Of a stretch of DNA of 64,000 bases, positions 57,395 to 64,000 are shown piece after piece; the stretch's first letter is position 1; each line of letters starts with the position of its first letter. Origin of the DNA: Bellilinea sp. (GTDB lineage Bacteria; Chloroflexota; Anaerolineae; Anaerolineales; Anaerolineaceae); contig JBAZZG010000004.1 of NCBI GenBank assembly GCA_041658905.1, positions 147,091-211,090 on the forward strand. Direction: 5' to 3'. A model generated the notes under the pieces. That model worked only from the letters and a program-made list of their open reading frames with translations, ran no database searches and was not told the DNA's origin. A program made the position numbers and the translations under genes.

Positions 57395-58556
57395 AAAACA
57401 CCCTTTCCCCCAGAAACTTGTTTTGGGCAAGCGTTAATCCCAAAATGATCAAAAACAGAACGATGGATTGAGACGCAGCGTACCCGAAATTATTTTGCGC
57501 ATAAAAAACATCGAAGATCTGGACGCTGGCAGTGACGACCGTATTTTGCGCATTGGGAGTTGCCATGACATAAAGGTGGTTGAAGGCTTTAAAGGTGCCA
57601 ATGAAAGACACCAGAAAAAGGTAGAACGATACAGGCGAAAGAAGCGGTATCGTCACATTTTTGAATGCATTCCACCCGTTCGCGCCGTCGATTTCAGCCG
57701 CCTCATACAATTCCTTGGGAATTCCCCCCAGCCCGGCCAGAAAAATGACGGTGTTATAGCCAAAAAACGACCAGATCCCAAAAAGGATGATTGTCCCAAG
57801 CGCCAGGCTGGGACCGGCAGCAATTCCATCCAATTTCAGCCCGAGAAACACTTCCGACATGGCTTTCGGTTCGAACAGCCATTTCAACGGTCCGGCATTG
57901 AACCAGGAGAGGAGAATATTCGCCAGCGAAGTTTCGCGGGATGAGAAGATGGTGCGGAAAACAACCGCAGTAGTCACCACCGGGGTGACATACGGCAAAA
58001 AATAAATCATGCGGAAGACTTCTTTGCCGTGGATTTTCTGATAAAGCAGATAGGCGAAAACCATGCCAATCCCCAGTTGGAGCGGCACCGTCCCTACGGC
58101 GTAGAAAATCGTTATGATGAGTGAGTTAAGAAAATCTTCGTCCCCGGCGGCGATCATTTTGCCCCACCCCATGGACATAATGGTGCCGGCAACGATCAAA
58201 ACGATTGCCGCAATGATTTGCATAATTCGAATTAAGTTGGAACTGGACTTAAACGCGCGCGTCCACAGCCAGTAAGCCAGCCCGAGCAAGCCCAATCCCC
58301 CAATGAAAATTGCGAATCCACCCCAATCGCCGAATATTTTTGTGTAATTGACCAGACCCGTGAAATCGCCTTTTCGGATGCGCCAATTAAACAGGCTCAT
58401 ATAGAGCGAATAGACGATTGGGAAAAGCCCAAAAACCAAAATGATAATGACCGCAGGCGCAACAAAGGCATAACCGGTAAGGTTCTCTTGCAACGCGCGC
58501 AGGGAAAAGACATTCCTTTTTGTGATTTTTGGGTTCACATCGGCCGTTGACGCCAC
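57387..58556 (-). CDS. Carbohydrate ABC transporter permease (MalF-like)
   Basis: EAA loop (YEAAEIDGANGWNAFKNVTIPLLSP). GTG start with GGGAGGG 5 nt upstream. Confidence 0.9.
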   Translation of the reverse strand: MASTADVNPKITKRNVFSLRALQENLTGYAFVAPAVIIILVFGLFPIVYSLYMSLFNWRIRKGDFTGLVNYTKIFGDWGGFAIFIGGLGLLGLAYWLWTRAFKSSSNLIRIMQIIAAIVLIVAGTIMSMGWGKMIAAGDEDFLNSLIITIFYAVGTVPLQLGIGMVFAYLLYQKIHGKEVFRMIYFLPYVTPVVTTAVVFRTIFSSRETSLANILLSWFNAGPLKWLFEPKAMSEVFLGLKLDGIAAGPSLALGTIILFGIWSFFGYNTVIFLAGLGGIPKELYEAAEIDGANGWNAFKNVTIPLLSPVSFYLFLVSFIGTFKAFNHLYVMATPNAQNTVVTASVQIFDVFYAQNNFGYAASQSIVLFLIILGLTLAQNKFLGERVFYG

Positions 58557-58649
58557 TTATTCCCTCCCGATTTCGTGCCTGCCGCAATAGTCCATATTAT
58601 GACAGCCTTTTTAGAATTAGCCCGTATTTTTTTGGTTAAGAAATTGTTA

Positions 58650-60512
58650 TTATTTGAGGAAGTTTAAATACAACAATACCGGATCATGGTCGCTGGTCCG
58701 TTGGCTGGCTAAAAATTCGGCGTTCAAGTGCACGATATCAACATCACTCAGCAAATTCTCCAGCGGTTTGGTGACCAGGATATGGTCAAGTACCTGAGAA
58801 TTTCCTTCGTAAACGTAGGTGTACTGCTCCTCAGCGGGCAGCAGCTCAACCACGTCCGTCAGGCTACTCCCCTTCAAGGCGATCAAGGGTTCCGAGAATT
58901 GGAAATCATTCATATCGCCGGCAACCACAACCAGTGCTTCATGATCCAGCACCTGAATTTGAGCGACAAAGCGCTGAATAATGGCGGCCTGTTGAATCCG
59001 TTGCCTTTCAGAATCCAATCTTGGCGGTTGATATAGCCCGTATAGAGCTGTATCGCCGCCTTTTGAATTCAGATGTGCGCCGATGACGATAATTTTATGG
59101 CCCTGGAAACTAAATTCGCCGACCAGCGGCTTCCGGCTATCATAAAAAGCTCCAGCATTGGGTTGGATTCGCCCAGGCGATTGGGTCAATTCGATATCAC
59201 CAGCATCCGCTACGGGTTCCGCTCCCGCGGATGAATTTCCTCCACGGTCAATGAATTGCAATCCCCGGTCAGTGCGGAAAAGAAACCCGACCCGGATGTT
59301 TCCTCCCAGTTCTCCCCCATCCTGGTTGTCCGCTGGCGGGATATCGCGGAATTGATATTCGGGGCCGCCAGCTTCCATAATCGCATCGATCAATAAGCGG
59401 TAGGTCTCGTTGGCATCCACTGTGCCGTCATCGAGCACCCCATTGTTATCCTGTATTTCTTCCAGCACCAGGATGTCCGGCGATTTCAAATGATTGACAA
59501 TTTGATTGGCCAAATCCGAGAAATGAGTTGGGTTATCACGCGCATCCAGGTTTTCCACATTGTAACTGGCGATGACCAATTCCCCTTCTTCGGCTGGCCG
59601 CGCCTTTTCTGGGGCCAGCTTACCCCGAATGAAACTCGCCTTCATGATGGGCTGAAATTTATAGTTGCCAAAGGAGTAATCCAAAATGCCAATCACCGGC
59701 GTCGCCAATTGGTCACCCGTAATAGCGTCCGGGACCGGGCGCAGGCTGTCGTCCAGTAATAACCGTTCAGGATTTTGGTCATCTATACGCAATGACAATC
59801 CGCCGCGAGCGGTAAATGGCCCAGCCTGTATAATTCCATCGGGAAGGATGGCGGTTTCATTATAGGCATTGGATGCCGCTACCACTACCGCAGAGTTAAT
59901 TTGCAGCAGCATGGATTCAAGACTCTCATAAAAATCAAGCCCATCCTGTTGCGGATTGAATTGCCTTCCGCCGTCGTCATCGATCACTTCGGTTGGGGGT
60001 ACGCGTCCGCCAGCCCCAATCAGGGTTGGGGTGGGCAAGTCATTTCCGGATGAAATGATTTCGACTTCGGGCTCGACAATATGGGTGATCGGTTGATTAT
60101 TGCTCTCCAACCCTCCCGGGTAAAACTCTTCGACCTTCCCGCTCACCTGGACGGCATCACCGGGTCGCGCTCGCGGCACGACATCTGTGAAGACAAATAT
60201 CGCCTCCGAGGTGCCTTCATCCCCATCGGGATTGGGATCTTGCATGTAGAACCCATCCGCGCGAAAAGCGGTAACGATTCCCGCAACATCTGTGACGGTA
60301 TTCCCTTCTAGCGGCGACCGCAAACCGGCACCCTGGATGGCATGGATTCGGTCCCCTGCAACGATATCAAACTGCGACACCGCAGCCGGAACTGAATTTT
60401 CCTCAATGGTTTCCAACACTTTTGATGGCGTTGGGGCGCCGCAGCCAGCGGCAAGTGCCAAAACAGCGAATATTAGCCCCGCCTGGTGCTGCCTGTGAAC
60501 CATATGGGTCAT
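58650..60512 (-). CDS. ExeM/NucH-family extracellular nuclease lipoprotein (endonuclease/exonuclease/phosphatase fold)
   Basis: I chose the start at ATG 60512, downstream of GGAGGGG. Lipobox LAAGC. The N-terminal OB-like module (…IVTAFRADGFYMQDPNPDGDEGTSEAIFVF) is followed by an EEP domain (…ASYNVENL… and C-terminal SDHDPV). Confidence 0.75.
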   Translation of the reverse strand: MTHMVHRQHQAGLIFAVLALAAGCGAPTPSKVLETIEENSVPAAVSQFDIVAGDRIHAIQGAGLRSPLEGNTVTDVAGIVTAFRADGFYMQDPNPDGDEGTSEAIFVFTDVVPRARPGDAVQVSGKVEEFYPGGLESNNQPITHIVEPEVEIISSGNDLPTPTLIGAGGRVPPTEVIDDDGGRQFNPQQDGLDFYESLESMLLQINSAVVVAASNAYNETAILPDGIIQAGPFTARGGLSLRIDDQNPERLLLDDSLRPVPDAITGDQLATPVIGILDYSFGNYKFQPIMKASFIRGKLAPEKARPAEEGELVIASYNVENLDARDNPTHFSDLANQIVNHLKSPDILVLEEIQDNNGVLDDGTVDANETYRLLIDAIMEAGGPEYQFRDIPPADNQDGGELGGNIRVGFLFRTDRGLQFIDRGGNSSAGAEPVADAGDIELTQSPGRIQPNAGAFYDSRKPLVGEFSFQGHKIIVIGAHLNSKGGDTALYGLYQPPRLDSERQRIQQAAIIQRFVAQIQVLDHEALVVVAGDMNDFQFSEPLIALKGSSLTDVVELLPAEEQYTYVYEGNSQVLDHILVTKPLENLLSDVDIVHLNAEFLASQRTSDHDPVLLYLNFLK

Positions 60513-60603
60513 ACGACGCTTTTCCCCTCCAAGTTGATACACTATTCTAGCAAATCCAGTTACCAGGTAAAAGTAATATCTCTCGGGTGGAACTGGTTAC
60601 TTT

Positions 60604-60626
60604 ATTCCACCATCTATAATTCCACC
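60604..60626 (+). promoter_or_regulatory. Direct repeat ATTCCACC x2 (15-nt period) embracing a TATAAT hexamer upstream of glpK
   Basis: ATTCCACC at 60604-60611 and 60619-60626. TATAAT at 60615-60620. Confidence 0.3.
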
Positions 60627-60671
60627 TTCCTATAAAATGAAAGACACCGTTTTCCTTTTGCAGAGATTACC

Positions 60672-62168
60672 ATGAGAAAATTAATCGCCGCCATTGACCA
60701 GGGCACCACCAGCACGCGCTGTATTTTATTTGATTCTGCCGGAAAAATCGTCGCGCGGGATCAAAAAGAACACCGCCAGATATTTCCACGCCCGGGCTGG
60801 GTTGAGCATGACCCCCTGGAAATTCTGAATCACGCCCGTGAAGTCGTCCTTAACGCGTTGGCAAAATCCGGTTGTTCCGCAACCGACCTGGCAGCAATTG
60901 GCATAACCAACCAGCGGGAGACCACGGTGGTCTGGGACCGCCGTACCGGGAAACCTTACACCAATGCCATTGTCTGGCAGGATACCCGTACAGCCGAGAT
61001 TTGTGATCAAATGATAGCTTCTGACGGTCAGGATCGGTTTCGCGAACAAACCGGGCTGCCATTAGCGACTTATTTTTCAGGGCCGAAAATCCAATGGGTA
61101 TTGAATAATATTCCCGCCGTCCGACAAGACGCCGAACGCGGAAATGCTCTTTTCGGCACGATCGATTCCTGGTTGATCTGGAACCTGACTGGTGGGCCTG
61201 ATCATGGAGTGCATGTCACCGATGTGACCAATGCCTCCCGCACCATGTTGATGAACTTGCGTACGCTCGACTGGGACCCGGAAATCCTCGAAATCCTGGA
61301 CATCCCCCGCAGTATGTTGCCGAAAATCGAGTCCTCTGCCCAGGTTTATGGCCATGCTGATTTTCTAGGTGGCTTGCCCATAGCCAGCGACCTGGGCGAC
61401 CAGCAGGCTGCACTATTTGGCCAGGCTTGTTTCGCGCCCGGGGAAGCCAAAAACACCTACGGAACCGGCTGCTTTATGCTGCTCAATACCGGCACCGAGA
61501 TTATTCCCAGTAAAAACGGGCTGCTGACGACGCTGGGCTACAAAATAGGCTCAGCGCCGGCAGTTTATTGCCTGGAAGGCTCGATTGCCATCGCCGGCGC
61601 GTTGGTGCAATGGCTGCGCGATAACTTACAACTCATTTCATCCTCTTCTGATATTGAACCCCTGGCCCGCAGCGTTGCGGATAACGGCGGGATGTATATT
61701 GTTCCCGCTTTTTCCGGTCTGTTCGCTCCCTATTGGCGCAGCGATGCGCGCGGAGTGATGGTCGGGTTGACGCAATTCATCAACCGCGGGCATATTGCCC
61801 GGGCAGTGCTGGAAGCGACCGCCTTCCAAACGCGTGAGGTGGTGGACGCCATGGAAACCGATTCGGGTGTTCGTTTGACCACGCTCAAGGTGGACGGTGG
61901 TATGGTTATAAATGACTTATTGATGCAGTTCCAGGCCGACATACTCGATGTTCCGGTTGTCCGCCCGGTGATCACCGAGACGACCGCACTCGGCGCGGCC
62001 TATGCAGCCGGACTGGTGGTTGGCTACTGGAAAGACCTCGACAGCCTTCGCGGACAATGGGGCGCTGATCGTCAATGGTCGCCTACAATGAATAATGCCA
62101 CCCGGAACCATCTTTACGCAGGCTGGAAGAAGGCAGTGACCCGCACGCTGAATTGGATCGAATCATGA
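60672..62168 (+). CDS. glpK: Glycerol kinase
   Basis: [28 protein letters not shown] and …[10 protein letters not shown]…, 498 aa. Confidence 0.95.
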   Translation: MRKLIAAIDQGTTSTRCILFDSAGKIVARDQKEHRQIFPRPGWVEHDPLEILNHAREVVLNALAKSGCSATDLAAIGITNQRETTVVWDRRTGKPYTNAIVWQDTRTAEICDQMIASDGQDRFREQTGLPLATYFSGPKIQWVLNNIPAVRQDAERGNALFGTIDSWLIWNLTGGPDHGVHVTDVTNASRTMLMNLRTLDWDPEILEILDIPRSMLPKIESSAQVYGHADFLGGLPIASDLGDQQAALFGQACFAPGEAKNTYGTGCFMLLNTGTEIIPSKNGLLTTLGYKIGSAPAVYCLEGSIAIAGALVQWLRDNLQLISSSSDIEPLARSVADNGGMYIVPAFSGLFAPYWRSDARGVMVGLTQFINRGHIARAVLEATAFQTREVVDAMETDSGVRLTTLKVDGGMVINDLLMQFQADILDVPVVRPVITETTALGAAYAAGLVVGYWKDLDSLRGQWGADRQWSPTMNNATRNHLYAGWKKAVTRTLNWIES

Positions 62169-63349
62169 AAACTACTCAACCCAGTGCAATTGTCATCGGC
62201 GCCGGCTTTACCGGCTGCGCCTTAGCCTATGACCTGGCACAGCGTGGCTTTTTGGTCACAGTTGTAGAACGCGGCGAACTGGCTTCCGGTACCTCAGGCC
62301 GAACGCATGGACTGCTGCATTCCGGCGCACGTTATTGCGTTACGGATGCCGATGCGGCTATTGAATGCATCCAGGAAAATATGATCTTGCGGCGCATTGC
62401 CAAACAGTGTATCGAGTACAACGGCGGCTATTTCGTCGCGCTGGACGATGCTGACCTGGGGTATGTGCCAGCTTTTTTCCAGGGCGCCCAGAATTGCGGC
62501 ATCCCGGTGGAAGAAATCGACGTCCAACGCGCGCTTGAAGCCGAACCTGCCTTGAATCCTAAAATATTAGTCGCCTACCAGGTACCCGACGCCGCTTTCG
62601 ATCCTTTGCGGTTGGCCATGGCTTTTGCGGCCAGTGCCCGGCAACAAGGCGCAGAATTTAAGACTTTTCATGATGTGGTTGGGTTCCTGAGAGACGGCAA
62701 TGGGAATATCTGTGGGGTCTCCGCGGTAAATCGGCACGCCGGTCAGCCGGTTGATTTCCATGCGGATATCACCATCAATGCAACCGGCGCCTGGGCCGGT
62801 AAAGTGGCAGAGCTTACCGGGATTCCCGTACCGGTGCGTCCAACCCCCGGTGTGATGGTGGCTTATGAAAAGCGCGTTACGCAGCGAGTGATCAACCGAC
62901 TGTGCGAACCGGACGACGGCGATATCTTGCTGCCGCAGCGCCGCATGGCGGTAATCGGCACCACCTCTTTCGAGGTTGAAGACGCGGATTACATACCCGT
63001 TTACACCGATCAGATCAAGGAAATGCATAAGCGGGCTGCGCTGCTGGTGCCTGAATTGGAGAATATCAAAATGCGGGGGGCTTACATGTCGGCCCGCCCG
63101 CTGATTGGCGGCATGATGAGCGGGCGCAGCCTTTCGCGCACTTTCAAATGTTACGACCATCGAACAGACGATGGAGTGGACGGCCTGGTTACGGTAACTG
63201 GCGGTAAAGCCACAACTTGCCGGGCGATGGCCGAAAAAACGGCAGATCTGGTGTGCCAGAAGTTGGGATGGCAGCGCACCTGTGAAACCGCGCAGCACAC
63301 GCTGGCTGACTACCACCTGTATTATCAAGCTGCCGAGGTAACAGCATGA
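62165..63349 (+). CDS. glpA: FAD-dependent glycerol-3-phosphate dehydrogenase, GlpA-like but short (no C-terminal BFD-like domain)
   Basis: The start ATG at 62165 overlaps the glpK stop (ATGA). The dinucleotide fold is [19 protein letters not shown]. 394 aa. Confidence 0.7.
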   Translation: MKTTQPSAIVIGAGFTGCALAYDLAQRGFLVTVVERGELASGTSGRTHGLLHSGARYCVTDADAAIECIQENMILRRIAKQCIEYNGGYFVALDDADLGYVPAFFQGAQNCGIPVEEIDVQRALEAEPALNPKILVAYQVPDAAFDPLRLAMAFAASARQQGAEFKTFHDVVGFLRDGNGNICGVSAVNRHAGQPVDFHADITINATGAWAGKVAELTGIPVPVRPTPGVMVAYEKRVTQRVINRLCEPDDGDILLPQRRMAVIGTTSFEVEDADYIPVYTDQIKEMHKRAALLVPELENIKMRGAYMSARPLIGGMMSGRSLSRTFKCYDHRTDDGVDGLVTVTGGKATTCRAMAEKTADLVCQKLGWQRTCETAQHTLADYHLYYQAAEVTA

Positions 63350-64000
63350 CCGAACAACTTTGGCAAGTCCACTTCAAGGTACGCCGCCAACGCACGGGCG
63401 GTAAACCTTATGTTCAAACCTTTACCCTCGAAGTCGATCCTGAGGAATATATCCTGGACGCAGTGGAACGCATTTGGGCTTTCCATGACCGCACTCTCAC
63501 CTACCGGCATGCCTGCCACCACTCAACCTGCGGCGCCTGCGGTATGCGCGTCAACGGCCGCGAAAAGCTGACCTGCATCACCACCATCCGCTCGGTGACC
63601 CAAAATGGCGGCACCGTACGGATCGATCCGCTGCGCAACTTTCCGGTCGTCAGCGACCTGGTGGTAGATATGGGTCATTTCTTTTTACGGATGGATAAGT
63701 CGGGATTTAACTCGGTAGCGCCGGTTGCAGCAGCCTGCTTGCCGTATGAACAGCCCCAATCAGCGGAGAGCTCAACCGGCCGTAAGCCAGAAAGGCTGGT
63801 CGATTGCATCGAATGCGGGCTGTGCATTTCAGTCTGCCCGGCTGCCAACACCGACAAAGAATATGTTGGCCCCGCAGTCCTGGCATCGCTCCATCTCATG
63901 TATAGTCAGAATCCGTCTCAGGAATTCATCAACCAGGCGGACGACCATACCGGGCTCTGGCGCTGTCACAGCGCATACGAATGCACGGAAGTCTGCCCAT
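63346..64000 (+). CDS. Succinate dehydrogenase/fumarate reductase-type iron-sulfur subunit (SdhB/FrdB-like), 3'-truncated by the window end
   Basis: Not in the ORF track because no stop is reached. ATG 63346 overlaps the glpA-like stop (ATGA). My translation is open to the window end and contains CHHSTCGACGMRVNGREKLTC (2Fe-2S), CIECGLCISVCP (4Fe-4S) and CHSAYECTEVCP (3Fe-4S-type). Confidence 0.75.
   Translation, partial: MTEQLWQVHFKVRRQRTGGKPYVQTFTLEVDPEEYILDAVERIWAFHDRTLTYRHACHHSTCGACGMRVNGREKLTCITTIRSVTQNGGTVRIDPLRNFPVVSDLVVDMGHFFLRMDKSGFNSVAPVAAACLPYEQPQSAESSTGRKPERLVDCIECGLCISVCPAANTDKEYVGPAVLASLHLMYSQNPSQEFINQADDHTGLWRCHSAYECTEVCP

Overview
Gene-dense, moderately GC-rich bacterial chromosome segment with 54 supportable CDS. 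I found no rRNA, tRNA, CRISPR array or IS/transposase. Many exported proteins carry lipobox signal peptides (L-A-A/G-C). Together with the F420 genes this weakly suggests a monoderm, Chloroflexota/Anaerolineae-like organism, but that is inference only. The main feature is a 16-gene co-directional block (232-17358). It combines the comparative-genomics markers of selenium-dependent molybdenum hydroxylases (SsnA, YqeB, YqeC, two MocA domains, XdhC) with two paralogous xanthine-dehydrogenase-family enzymes. It also carries a coenzyme F420 module: NADPH:F420 oxidoreductase, CofE, CofC and an LLM-class F420-dependent oxidoreductase. ATGA start/stop overlaps link the F420 oxidoreductase, a hotdog thioesterase and a hydroxylase FAD subunit. 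The rest of the window holds an MrfA/MrfB-like helicase-exonuclease pair with a coupled DUF2007 gene, and housekeeping genes (pckA, nusB, asp23, typA, lhgO). It also holds a NarL-type two-component system, a B12-radical SAM enzyme, phnCDE, a sugar ABC transporter, an ExeM/NucH nuclease, and glpK with a truncated GlpA-like flavoprotein coupled to an SdhB-like Fe-S subunit. That last CDS runs off the window end and is absent from the ORF track. Non-coding items worth a second look are a nested inverted-repeat element with alternative pairings (25833-25985), a visibly AT-rich 470-bp divergent region carrying a 13-bp perfect palindrome, a cluster of short dispersed repeats upstream of typA, and a recurring intergenic TATTGGCTA motif. 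All functional calls rest on motif and family recognition by eye; no searches were run.
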